Shown here piece after piece: positions 1 through 12,454 of a stretch of 64,000 nt of DNA. The DNA comes from Rhizophagus irregularis (Eukaryota). The notes below the pieces were generated by a model. The model made no database searches and had not been told where the DNA came from. It saw only the letters and a program-made list of their open reading frames with translations. Every line of letters starts with the position of its first letter. Position 1 is the stretch's first letter. The stretch lies in assembly GCF_026210795.1 (NCBI RefSeq), contig NC_089436.1, positions 1,116,001 to 1,180,000 on the forward strand, read 5' to 3'. A program made the translations under genes and the position numbers.

Positions 1-31
1 ATTTATTTCTTGGTACCTTTGGATCCTGAGC

Positions 32-488
32 TAGGACCCAGAAATATATATACAGGGGTAGGGTACACCGTAGTGACCGTACACGGATCAATCGGATCAT
101 AGTGTAATTAGTTTTGATTTTGCGTACAATTGCGTATTTTTGGGCTAATCTAATATATTTACTGTACGTTAACCGCATTGTAATATTGTAATATTTAGTA
201 TTAATTGAAAGAAATTTCTAAGGGTTAAATTAAAAAGTGAAATTTTAGAAAAATATTATTGAAAAAAAATGGTAAATTAGAATAAATTCCATTTTTTCAC
301 ATTAGTAAAATTTGGGTTTATAAATAATATAGAAGTCATGATAAAATAATTTATAATTTAATGCTTGAAATTTTATTTGCGTATTTTTGCAGGATTTTCA
401 ATATCAGGTGTCAGTTATGCGTACTACTCATATATAGTAAAAAAATTTTTCTCCGCTTGACCCTTATGTATATATATTCTGGGTCCTA
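32..488. mobile_element. Non-autonomous TIR element (MITE), TA-flanked
   Basis: Left end TAGGACCCAGAAATATATATACAGGGG (32-58) is an imperfect inverted match to CCCTTATGTATATATATTCTGGGTCCTA (461-488). No ORF. Confidence 0.7.
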
Positions 489-575
489 TCCATGAATAGG
501 TCTTATTCACGGAAATTTACACGGAGGAATTGGTTAAAAAAATAAAATCGATTGGCACCAAAATCGCTGATACGA
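488..575 (+). pseudogene. Eroded kinase-family exon-2 relic
   Basis: Reads IHE*..LIHGNLHGG...SIGTKIADT with a stop and indels, matching the array's catalytic-loop/DTG region. Cut by a MITE at 576. Confidence 0.75.
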
Positions 576-759
576 CCCTGTAAAAAAAGTTACTCCGTTT
601 TTTATATTCTGTCTTTTTTCTGTAAAAGGCTCATATCTCCGGAATTAATAACCTTATATTAGGGAATTTATCAAATTATTTACATTTTCCGTGAATGGAT
701 CCGTGAAAGACTCATTTTATGGAGTTTTACAGAAATAACGGATAAAATTTTTTATAGGG
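576..759. mobile_element. CCC-ended MITE with 3-bp TSD
   Basis: CCCTGTAAAAAAA ... TTTTTATAGGG ends, with CGA on both flanks. A partial second copy follows at about 770-916. Confidence 0.85.
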
Positions 760-1454
760 CGAACCTGCTGTTAATGAATGTATCATTTTAATGGAATTTA
801 TAGCCTTAAATCATGGAAATTTTCATCTCATATCCGTGAATGTATCATTTTCACGGAATTTTTACGGAAGACACGGAGAAATAATGGAAATATTCGGATA
901 AAAATTTTTTATAGGGACTAGAGTTAATAGGAATCACCTGGTTTCGATATATTTGAATGATACAATATTGTTTTGAATTCTGATTCATCGGATAACCAGC
1001 AGCAGTATCATTGTAAATTTACACTAAATATCGCACCTCTTCTAACAAAAAATAAATTTATCAGTTTTTAAAAATCATCTAACTAAAAATACTAAAAATC
1101 CAATAATTTTATCCTAATAATTTATTTATTTGCACTGATTCATATGATTCATATGACCAGAAATTCTAAGATTTATCGATTTATCCTAGATTTGATTTAA
1201 ATAATAAACTTAAGTATTACAACCTAAAAATATAAATTTGATAAAACCAAATATATACCGATTTTTTTTTTAAAGAAAATTTCTAAGACATACTCCGCTA
1301 TAAAATATTGGTTTAAATTTTTAATTCATGATAATTCTATAGCAAATTGAAAATTTTAAGATAATGCTTATGCATATTCGGACTTCTTAAAGTTAAAAAA
1401 GGGCTAGGTTTAGTTGATCTTTAAGGATATGGATTAATTATTCTCGTATATCGG

Positions 1455-1634
1455 GTGATCGGGTTTGAGTCATTTAGAATTAATTCAGGCCAAATTTATG
1501 ATGCCGGCCAGGATTACAAATTTATATTATCACGTGATGATTTATCCATAGATAATTTTGGCCAGAATTATGATGTAATTTTAATTGACTCATTTAATGC
1601 TGAAATGACCCAATTGGGTCACTGGCCATCACTG
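1455..1634. repeat. Dispersed repeat ending in CATCACTG (possible hAT-type end)
   Basis: GAGTCATTT..AATTCAGGCCAAATTTATGATGCC.GCCAG recurs at about 13149-13290. A similar GGTCA..CCATCACTG end lies at about 34435-34503. Confidence 0.55.
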
Positions 1635-2624
1635 ATAGTCTTATCAAAGAAAAAATAGTTAATTGACATGAGAAAATGCTCATAAAATAAGCGGGAACGT
1701 ATAATAGACGAAATTTTTTGATTGGTGCTTAAGTATGCAGAAATATTGTGAACCAAATAACCCAAGTCGGCGTGATTTTAATAAATTTTTTGATTTGTAT
1801 GCATAGCAATCATCTAACACGAACTTAAGAAAAAAAATATGTTTGGAAATTGTTTATATGGCGAATACTACTCGAGATTCCGATAATTTGGTTTTTGCAC
1901 GTATTAAAATGTGATATGGCTATTAACGGTTTGACAAACATCAATACGCCTAATGAAATTTGGGTAAATTTAAACGGACGTTGCATTAAAAAATTTGGTA
2001 ATAATAACTGTATAAAAAGCAATGCCACTATTGAATATAAAATTTAATTCTTTAAATATTGAAAAATTTAGTTTTTTCCTTTGCTTGCTAATGAAAAAGA
2101 GAGAGATTTGTGTCAAACCATAAGATATCACTGTTCCTATCCGTTAGCGATTTAACAATTAAAATAATTATTACGATACCGATAATATAGCCTGAAAATT
2201 ATATAAATTTCGCATATGCATAACTTACGCATATGTACAGCTTAATCTACTTTATCTGTTAGATTTAGATAAAACTCGGGTTAGTTCGGGTGATTTAGCT
2301 TTTATTAATGATATCACTTTTATCACTCTTAAAACGATGTGTTATAATTTTTATATTGTATTTCGTTTCACCACAAGTTTCATTAAACATGAATAAAAGG
2401 GAGGCTTCAGGCCTTTAAATTTCAATTTTTTTAAAAAAATTCGAAAGTAATTTTCATTCATAAAAAAACCGATCATTTCATTTTTTGAAATCAGTCTCTT
2501 TCTTCAGACCTTTTGGTCTTAAGAGACTTTTCAAGATCAAGTATTCCCTGTAAAGAAACAAGGTCCTTCAGCTTAATTTGTTCTGCAGTAAGGATGGAGG
2601 TCCAATATTTTTCCTCTAGATAAT

Positions 2625-2735
2625 TACCATGCATGAACGAGACTATGTTCATGAATAAAATTATTACCAGCTGAGATAGTTTATAACGTAACTACAATAT
2701 CTCTTCAGTAAATTAATTCCATAGAATACATAAAT
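2625..2735 (-). pseudogene. Eroded kinase-family exon-2 relic
   Basis: Minus strand reads ..RDIV..L..ISAG.NFIHEHSLVH.HG with indels. Confidence 0.6.
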
Positions 2736-3169
2736 ACTAGAGTGATGTATTCTAAATCAATTACAAGGACCTGTCGTCAAATTTACTACGTCGTAATGCT
2801 TTCGTTGCTCCGGGACGGAATAATACGCCGACAAAAATCCGACGTTTCTCTTATTATAACAGTTGGATTAATGATGAACTTTATATCAATAATTTTGACG
2901 ACGTTTAATTAAAAGGGCATGATTTTACAACTTAGTTTTAGTATTGCTTACCGTAAATAGTTGTAAGATTAAAAATCAAGTAATTATAATGATTGTAAAT
3001 CAGAATAATCATCTTTTAGTTAACCATAATAACGTAATATTTACAACTTATGATTATAATATTACAACCCACTTAGGTTGTAATTCGAAAAAAATAATTA
3101 TTAGCAAGCACTATCAGTGAAATTTCGTCCGTTTACTCTTGATCAAATAGACAATATCTTGACTCTAGG

Positions 3170-3292
3170 AATATCTTGATAAATCTATGGGAGTTCTTTA
3201 CTAGGGATACTTTAGTTATGTTATAAACCATATCAATTGGTTTTAATTACATCATGAACATAGTCTATCTCATTCAATATTTACATGGAGGA
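3170..3292 (+). pseudogene. Eroded kinase-family exon-2 relic
   Basis: YLDKSMGVLY*..ML*..SIGFN..HEHSL..LHGG, matching YLEESMGIICWRD..LHGG of intact copies. Confidence 0.65.
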
Positions 3293-4394
3293 AGTGCGTG
3301 TGGTCAAATTTAATCAATATTCGAGCATAAATAGCATATAACTCTTACGAAGAATTTGTAATGATCAAATTTAGAAATGTTTACCATGAAAATCAGTCGT
3401 CTAATTTGATTCTATTAATGTCGGATGGTTTGATTGTGAAAGGGATTACAACTGAATGTTTTAGTATCTAAAGAAACAATTGATCTATATTGAAAATAAT
3501 TGTTTTCTAATATTTTCTGTTATGACACCGGTTAATTATTACAATTTTACAATCGGTTTCTCTTTTGTTGTCGAATTAGTTTAAACATTTATAATATTTA
3601 TCAGCTTTATTTTATGTTTTTTTTTTAACGCACAATAATTTTATTAGAAATTTTCCTTTAAATCAATAAAATGAATACATTTACGATTATTTTAAAACTA
3701 GAAAAAAAAGAATGTCCTATTGTTTGAATGGCGAAGTCCGCATTATTTTCCTAGAGTATTATAAGATAGTACAATGTCTTAATTAGATTTCATAAAATAA
3801 GATTAAGTTTTTAAAATTAAATAATCTTGCCGATTTTGCTATTTTTTAATAGGATGTATAAGCGACATTTGGTACATCTGATCATGTAGGATGCACGCAA
3901 AAAGAAAGGAAAGACTTTTTTGACATTTTCTCACGTAATAAAATTCGCGTTATCTTATCTTTCTTCCTATTTATTAACAATTAGAAAATGTAAAATTTCC
4001 TACTATTGTGTCGTGACCGATGTTATTCTGCAGTATAAGCTGAAAAAAAGTATTTTGTCGATCATTCGGACACGATTTGTTGGTTACAAGTTTCTAAATT
4101 GGTGATATGTTCATATTAATTTCCGCATTCATATAAAATTTAGAACTTTACGTAATCATAAAAATTTTCCAAAAATATATGCTTCTGGAAAGTGAATATG
4201 CTTATTATTTATGCAACTTACTGCAGAATTTGACATACTCCATAGAATTGAAAGAAATTTTCTTTTTTCTAAAAACAATAACAATTAATATCCGTATTAT
4301 TCTTAACAATGGTAAATGTGCTTGCTTCTATAAAATGAAAGTTTATTTAAATCTTACAAAAAAAAAATGGCCTATTGTTTTTTGGTCTCATGAC

Positions 4395-4445
4395 AAAGAA
4401 AGAAATTTCCATAATTGGATTAGTGGAAGTTTATAGAAATTGACA
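4395..4445 (+). pseudogene. Short kinase exon-1 relic
   Basis: KERNFHNWISGS matches KENFHNWTSGN of intact copies. Confidence 0.45.
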
Positions 4446-4824
4446 TCACCTAGTAAACATCACATACTATCTGATTTACTACTTTTCTAAGGAAAATTAT
4501 GATTTAATTTTAATCTAATGAATTCCAGTTTTGGGTTCGTTTCTTGTAAAAGGCACCAATTGCTACCAATTATTTTGGTAAGAAGAATTGCAACGGATTG
4601 TTCGGGAGAATTCGGAATTACTCAAAATTAGCAATAATAATCGTACGATTTCTCACTCAAGGTATATCGGCTTTTATAGGCGGCTATCGATCTGCATGGA
4701 ATTTCTTCAATTTTTCCCGGCGATCACGCTATATATTTACATCACGCCACCAGGTAGCAAAAAAGAAACTTATATAGTGCCTGAATTTCCGAATTTTTCT
4801 TCACCTTCTAATTGTCTAGCTAAC

Positions 4825-6262
4825 ATGCTTGGAATTACGGGCCAACTGTCATTATACGGCAACTGTCCAGATTGCAAGAGGCAACGAACTACTGCAGCAT
4901 GGTGCAAAACATGTGATATTGCAACTTTGAAAGAAAATTTCCGCAATTGGACTAGTGGACATTATAAGATAGATGAATTAATTAGGTATACTCAACTAAA
5001 TGCAAACGAGAGTATGGATTACCTAGAGTGGATTGATTTTGATCAATTTGATTTAGTTGAGAATACTAGAAAACAAGGTGCTTATAGCTCAATTTATTCT
5101 GCAATATGGATGGAAGGTCCAGTATGGAACCTAGATGAGGAAGCCGAGGTATGGAATCGCAGTGGCCCAATTAAGGTCATACTGAAACGTTTGAATAATT
5201 CTCATAATATGAGTCAAGAATTTTTAAATCAAGTGAGCAGTCAAAATTCGATTTCAGTCGCTTACAATAATGTTTTATTTCAGATATTGTCACCGTCGAA
5301 GTTACGATATTACGGTACATTAATGCAATATAATTAAATTTCGACGGCGGCTATAACTTATTAACTTGTTAAAAGTCATATCCTAATATTTGTTTTTTAT
5401 TATTGTAATATTCACATTAATATATTTCCTAATTTAATTTGAAAAGTTATTTAGATATCATAAATGCTTACAAAGTGGAGCACTTGCAGATTGTTTTGGT
5501 ATAACCAAAGGCCAAACATCGCATTATATGCTTGTTATGAGATATTATGATAACGGTAATTTATATTCGTTCCTTGAAGAATCCATGGGAATCATTTGTT
5601 GGAGAGATATCATAGATATATTGTGGTCAATATCGATTGGTCTTAAATTTATCCATGAGTATGATCTCGTTCATAGAAATTTGCATGGAGGGAACATATT
5701 GGTTGAAAGTGAAATGGGTTCGATTGTTGCTAAAATCGCAGATACCGGATTATACGGGCCTGTTGATAAACAAATATCGTTTCAACAAATTTATGGTGTA
5801 GTACCTTTTATTGCTCCAGAGGTCCTTGGTGGAAATAAGTTAACCAAAGCATCTGATATTTATAGCTTTGGTATGATCATGTGGATGTTATCGTCTGGTG
5901 TACGTCCTTACTTTGACAAACCCCATGATAAGCAACTTATTCGAGAAATATGCTCAGGATTAAGACCAAATGTTGTAAGTGGAACTCCACCTGTTTTCTC
6001 CAGTTTAATGTTACAATGTTTAGATGCCAATCCATCAAATAGACCAACAGCATCCAAAATTTGCGAGTGTTTAGAAGATTGGGTCTCAGCAGTTTGCGAT
6101 AATCCTAATTCATCCGATTTATTAGAACAATTTGATGCTGCTGAAGAAATTAAATTCACAAATTTAGAGAGATTAAATTATAATATTTTACCGTGTCACG
6201 AAAAAGCCATATATTTTAGCCGTCCATTAGATCCCATTATTAATATCGAATCTTCAACATAA
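4825..6262 (+). CDS. Cys4-finger + TKL-type (pseudo)kinase, copy 1; exons 4825-5232 and 5447-6262, about 407 aa
   Basis: Phase-0 GT-AG intron (CAA|GTGAGC..AAAG|TTATTT) joins the ORFs in frame. Motifs: CPDC..WCKTC, VILK, HRNLHGGN, DTG, APE, DIYSFG, RPT. Start chosen by paralog comparison. Confidence 0.88.
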
Positions 6263-6800
6263 CTTTTCTAGAAAAACGTGATATTATTTTTTTCGTAGAT
6301 TTAAAATATGTGTTTGCCATACAATACGAAATTCATTAATTTTATTAATTCGATGACGTTTATTCATTACAGCCGTAAACACCGTTTCTTTTTTTTTATT
6401 TCTTTACATCACGAACATTTTTTTTAAAAATAATAATTCGTTAATTATCGTTTTCGTTAACTGGACTAACAAAATCCGGTTATTAATTAGCTAACGTATT
6501 TATTTAAATCACGGACCGAAAGTTATTTAATAATTCGCTGAGTATTTAGTATTATGTAATTTACTATTATACATGTGTTTTTTTCATAAAAATGTTAAAA
6601 ATTTATTTAAAATTTTCAAATAAATTTAAATTTTCGAATTTATACTCAATGACTAAGCTATTTCTATCATTTTTTTTTAGATTTTTCTTTACATTTATCA
6701 AAACGTCTTTTGATAGTTCAGTGAAAGTGAGGGTGAGGATTGAAAAATTTGATAAATCGTGGAACGACGTTGGCAAAATGTTTTGAATATGTAAACTATT

Positions 6801-6942
6801 CCCTATAAAGAAATTTATTCCCGGAATTTATAGCCTCAAAACATGAGATTATCCAAATTGCTTAGATTTTTAGTTATTTTTCCGTAAACGTATCATATTC
6901 ACGGAGTTTTTACAAAAATTACGGATAAAATTTTTTATAGGG
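6801..6942. mobile_element. CCC-ended MITE
   Basis: CCCTATAAAG..TTTTTATAGGG ends; interior similar to 576-759. TSD not preserved. Confidence 0.75.
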
Positions 6943-8003
6943 TCCCGTAAGTCGTTTAGGAGATGAAACACAGACAGATCAAATAAAATAATAAAACACA
7001 TGATTTTCTTTAATCATTTAATCTTAAATTTATGTAAGTATATACTGTATATATCAGATATTAGTTATTATTTACTGATCTTACTGATCTAGTAGTATAT
7101 AAATGGGTCATCATCCGAATATATACTACTAGATCAGTAAATAACTAATATAACTAATACTTATAATTTTGTTACTTTACCAAATTTCCGCGTTGTACAA
7201 TATAAATATAAATAAATAGGTGATTATTGTAATCATGGCTAAGTTTAGCAGCTGATTTTTTTTTTAGCATACTGCATAGCATACGAGGACTTCATAATAA
7301 AATATTTGGGTTATGTGACTTATATCACAGGCGCTGGAGCGGAGTTATAAAGAAAGCTAAGTCTGTAAATAGCTAAACTTTGCGTCAAGCATTTTGTGTT
7401 CATCTTCAAATTCGATCCTAGGAGGTGAGTTACTAGATTTAGTTTTAAATTCTCTTTATAATTGTCCAAGCAAAATCTTCTTTGTCATTCACATTTGGAT
7501 GAATAGAGATTGTGCTAAATCCTGTTTTCATAGCTGTGATGAATATAATTTGATTAATTTCTAATATTAGGAAAGAAAGGAAAGATGTACTAAAGAGCAA
7601 TGTACTGTATGTAACATCATGAAGAAATTATTCATATTAATCATGCAAAAAAATTACTCACGATATGTAACAAGACCTTGGTACGTGTTTATATATATAT
7701 AGTATTAAAAAAATGAATACATCTTCAATTCACCAAGATTCTTTAAGATTCTTTTTAGGACTTCTCTGAGCAATTATGCGGCTACATGGTCCACGAATTA
7801 TATAGTCATTACCTCAGTCTTTTATATCCCGCTTTTCTTTCTCCCGGCCTTTCCCTTTCCTTTCGTCCTTTATGTCCGTGTGAGTGTGGATGTTTGAAGG
7901 AGATGTGTTCCTTTCACTCTTTCACTTTCCCTCAGAAGAGCTGAGGTGACAAGAGGTTTTTATGATGGTAAGAACTATAGGTACCAAATGGTTAAATAGC
8001 ACG

Positions 8004-8111
8004 CCCTGTAAAAAAAAATTTGGAAAAAACCTCGATAAATGATCATTTTTCTAGATTTTATTTCGAAGAAACTCAGACACGTGACCATTTTCTGAAAAAT
8101 TGTTTATAAGG
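8004..8111. mobile_element. CCC-ended MITE (about 108-bp subfamily) with ACG TSD
   Basis: ACG|CCCTGTAAAA..TTTATAAGG|ACG. Interior shared with 22148, 26480, 34172 and 63036. Confidence 0.8.
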
Positions 8112-8522
8112 ACGGGTGGAAATCTCTCAATTTGCACATAAGTGATTCTCACTTAAGATAAAAAGTGTTCACGAGGATCGACATGGTCACAATGAATTAT
8201 TAATATCGGATCGGCTGGCGGTAAATTTCACGTACCGTAACTATAAAAAATATTACTAATTACAGTATCAAAAAGGAAATGGAAATGGGTTGAATAATTT
8301 TTAAATTCGATTATTGGGAGCACCATTTAAACATATTTACATACATCCCTTATTATTACAGTACGTAATAATTAAAAATATCTGTCCCAATATTTACTGG
8401 CGTCTAGTTGCTTGAAGCTACACCGGATTATAACCGGTTTTTGCCGGTTTGGTTATTGGTATTTGTAATTTTTAATTACTAATACGTCGGTGTAGCGGAT
8501 AAGGATTATGATATTATAAAAT

Positions 8523-10116
8523 ATGTATGAATGGCAGTTTCGTTGCTATGTTCCCTTTAAAAAAATTGAAATTTTAAAGCTGGATCATTTATTCTTTATA
8601 GACCAATCTCGTTCATTGGACCTGTCCTTTGAGCCTCAAGGGACTGTTTTAGACATTAAATCTCAACGATTCGGAAAATGTCTAGATTGTAAAAGTCAAC
8701 GAACTGCTGTAGCATGGTGTAAAAATTGCGATATAGCATTTTTTAAAGAAAAATTTTCCAACTGGACTAGTGGTAATTCTAAAATTGATGAACTTATAAG
8801 ATATACGCAATTAAATGCTAAAGGGAATATGGACTTTCTCGAATGGATTGAATTCGATCAATTCGACTTAATAAAAAATATTAATAAACGAGGTGCTCAC
8901 AGTTCAATCTATTCTGCAGTATGGATGGAAGGTCCAAGATGGAATCTTGATGAAGAATCTGAATTATGGAGTCGTAATGGTCCAATTAAAGTTATATTAA
9001 AGCGCTTAGATAATTCTCATAACATGAGCCAAGAATTTGTAAACCAGGTGAATATTATAATAAATAATAACGTCAATATACTAATTCGCCTTAACTGTTT
9101 TTGATCAAAGGTTAAATTAAGAAAAAAAGATTAATTGTCATATGTTTTGAAAAGTTATATTACTAACCATTCATTATAAGTCTGCAAAATAAATTTTTAG
9201 ATTTCTTGTAACGATAGATTTTATTTATTTGTGTAAAATATTTGCAAATATTTTTTCCTATTCTAATAACTGAAAAAAAGGTTAATATGTTACATTTTCA
9301 TTTTAGTTATACAGATATCACAAATGCTTACAAAGTGATGCACTTGCAGATTGTTTTGGTGTGACTAAAGATCCAACATCTTGTTTTATGTTCGTTATGA
9401 AATATTACGAGAATGATAATTTATTTTCATATATTGAAGAAACTATGGGAATTCTTTGCTGGAGAGATATTGTAGAGATGTTATGGTCAATATCTGCAGG
9501 TCTTAATTTTATTCATGAACACAATCTTGTTCATGGACATTTACATGGAGGAAATATATTAGTTGAGAACGAAATAAATTCAATTGATGCAAAAATAACG
9601 GATACTGGATTACATGGACCTGTTGATAATTCAGTGACATCAATGCCATCTCAGCAAATTTACGGTGTAATACCTTTTGTTGCACCAGAGATCTTTGACG
9701 AAAACGTGTTAACCAAAGCATCTGATATTTACAGCTTTGGTATGATCATGTGGATGTTATCAGCTGGTGTGCGTCCTTACTTTGACAAATCCCATGATAA
9801 GCAACTTATTCAAGAAATTAGGTCGGGATTAAGGCCAAATGTTATAAATGGAACTCCACCTGCTTATTCTAGATTAATGTTACAGTGCTTAGACGCTAAT
9901 CCGTTAAATAGACCAACAGCATCCCAAATTTACGAATGTTTAGGAAATTGGATCACGGCAATTTGTGATGACCCTAATAGATCCGATTTATCAGACCAAT
10001 TCGACGCTGCTGAAGAATTTAAATTTGCAAATTTAGAAAAATTAAATTATAATGTTTTATCGTGTCATGAAGGTGCCATTTATTTCAGTCGTTTATTAAG
10101 TTTTTCAGATATCTGA
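8523..10116 (+). CDS. Cys4-finger + TKL-type (pseudo)kinase, copy 2; exons about 8523-9047 and 9307-10116
   Basis: In-frame CAG|GTGAAT..TTTAG|TTATAC intron. Motifs HGHLHGGN, DTG, APE. 5' start uncertain: homology begins near 8600 (DQSRSLD), directly after a possible acceptor. Confidence 0.85.
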
Positions 10117-10839
10117 TCGTCACTTTTTTATGGAAAAATGTAAAAGGAGAACATCAATTCATGTTTTTCGCATATTTCAATAATATTATATAGTTAACGT
10201 ATTAAAAGTCGGAACGTCATTATTAATTTCAGTAAGAACGTCTTAGGATAAGAACATATTAATAATCGTTCTAATTCTAGATTCTTTTCCGTTTTCGGCT
10301 TAACATATATGAGATTACAAATTTAGTCCTATTTACTAATTGTATTAATAATTGTAAATTAATTTTATTATTGATCATTTTGATTTATTATTATTGCTTA
10401 TAAACAGAACAGTATTGGTCTTAAGTATCTTTAGAATTATTTACATTTATTGAAGAGCTTTATTGATGAAATATATAATAATGAACACTCTGCTTTATTA
10501 CAATAAAACTTATAAATAAACTCGTGAATGATTTAATAGTGTGATCTTGAGAGTCTATATAATAAAATACTTATTGTATAGGTCTTTAGGCAATACTCTG
10601 CCGTTTTCGATTTCAGAAATTTGGCGGCTATATTGTGCCAAATGGCCGCGATCACGTTATTGCATAAATACTATATAATAAGTATAATCGACACTAAGTA
10701 TCACGTAAGATGTAAGATGAACAAGATCGAAGTCACCTGAAATTTCGCGTAACCTCAATTAAGGGGTTTAAATAATTACGCGAATTTCATGTAGTTCTAA
10801 AAAACTTTTTAACGCGTTTTATTATCCATTTTGACCAAA

Positions 10840-12454
10840 AGTTATTAAACGTCAACGTGCTTCATATTCTATCGAACAAGAAAGAATTGTTGTTAATTAT
10901 GCTTTTCAACGAAGCGGCTAGACATTTTGAACTTGATAGTACCATGGTTGGACGCTAGATTAAGGCAAGTAAAAACTGATCAAACGAAACAAAAAGTGAT
11001 AGTAAACGAGTTGGTTCTGGCTGAATAGCTTTTTATCCTTAGGCTGAGAAGTTATACATTTGGGCTATAGAACAAAAGAAGAAAAAATTAGTTGTAAAAT
11101 TTGTAACTATACGTCTTACAATGTTTGAAATTTTAAAAGAGCCGGATATGGTAGCTCAATATGGTACGTGATCAAACAACAAATTTTGTTGCTGCATTTC
11201 GTTGGCTAACTGGTTTATCAGAAAATACAATTTAGCTTTACGACTACATACAAGAATCTCTCAAAAACTTCCTTAGCAAACAGAAGAATTATTGGCAAAT
11301 TTTCATCGGCTTGTCATTCGTCTTAGAATAAAAATTCTACTGAATTGTGTAATATTTTTATGGACGAAGCTCCAGTCTGGTTTGATATGGCTGGAAATAT
11401 CACTATCAATCCAAAATGAGAAAAAACAGTCCATGTCGTGGGACAGGTGATAAAAAGATCGTTTTACTGTCGTTTTAACATGTGCTGCAGGTAAAGATTT
11501 ATAATAAATCTTTTTTAAAAAAAATCATTAAACATTAGATATTTTTGATTATAGATGGAACAAAACTACATTTTAAAGGAAAGAGAAAAAGTTCATTCTG
11601 GCGTGATTGATTGGTTCCAAGAAAGTGGCTGGATGAATGCAAATTTAAATGAAATGTTATATTGTTTACTTTCATAATATAAGAAGGTTAAATAACTAAC
11701 AGCCTAAATATCCAGCTATGATGGTATATGATAATTTAAAGAACATCAAGTGGATCTGGTAGTTATCCCGGGTGTTAACAAGCATTTGCCAACCGCTTGA
11801 TGTTGCGATTAACAAACCTGTTGAGGATCATCTTCGTCAAGAATGGCATCAATGGATGAGTAGATAGGGGCGGTACTGAGTATACTAATGGACGCAACCT
11901 TAACCGTGCAAAGATAAGTGATATGTGTGGGTAGATTAAACGTTCATGGGAAGGGATCATTATTTGTTCTAATAAAAAATATGGAATATCATAAATACTC
12001 AAGATATTGATATAATTTTTAGAAGTCTTGATGAAGATGTATGTTTTAATATCTTTTGTACTTATATGGCAGGCCACAATAATTAATGAAACATTTAAAA
12101 CCTTGACCAAAGAAAGCCTTGCTAGAAATGGAGAATGGATTATTGGTTTTGGAAAAGTAAATGTTCGTGAGTCATTGAAAAAATGGAAGTGCGAAAAGGG
12201 CGATGATGCTATTTGCGAAGATATTGGAGGAGGAATAGAAATAATTGAAATTATTGATATAAATGAAGACAAAGAAAATTATATAGATAGTTAATTTTGT
12301 AGTTTTGTTTATTTGTATTGATAAAATAATAAATAAATCATAATTTTTTTAGGAAGCTTATTTTAGGGATGCTTATTTTCGTTTTACTCATGAAGTCGTA
12401 TAAAAGTAGGGGGGTGCTTAATTTCCGGCGGGACTTAATATTGAAAAAATACGG
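10840..12454 (+). mobile_element. Decayed pogo/Tigger-type (Tc1/mariner, DDE_1) transposon
   Basis: Frameshifted pieces read KRQRASYSIEQ..AARHFELD (HTH), TRISQKLP, DEAPVWFDM, RFTVVLTCAA-DGTKL, WFQESGWMN and SICQPLDVAINKP. Right end AAAAAATACGG|TA is pogo-like. Left end not resolved. Confidence 0.85.

Noticed and set aside
4588..4824. 79-codon N-terminal extension of copy 1 in the ORF track
   Set aside because: Starts at TTG and has no counterpart in paralogs. ATG 4825 fits the family better.
5908..6159. Antisense or alternate-frame ORFs over kinase and transposase exons (also 9509-9721, 11775-12272, 19158-19406, 28401-28604, 30757-31123, 32540-32836, 62479-62673)
   Set aside because: Shadows of the real coding frame with no independent motifs.
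7666..7951. Possible solo LTR (TGTAAC..GTGACA, GC-richer interior)
   Set aside because: No target-site duplication, no second copy and no retroelement coding sequence in the window.
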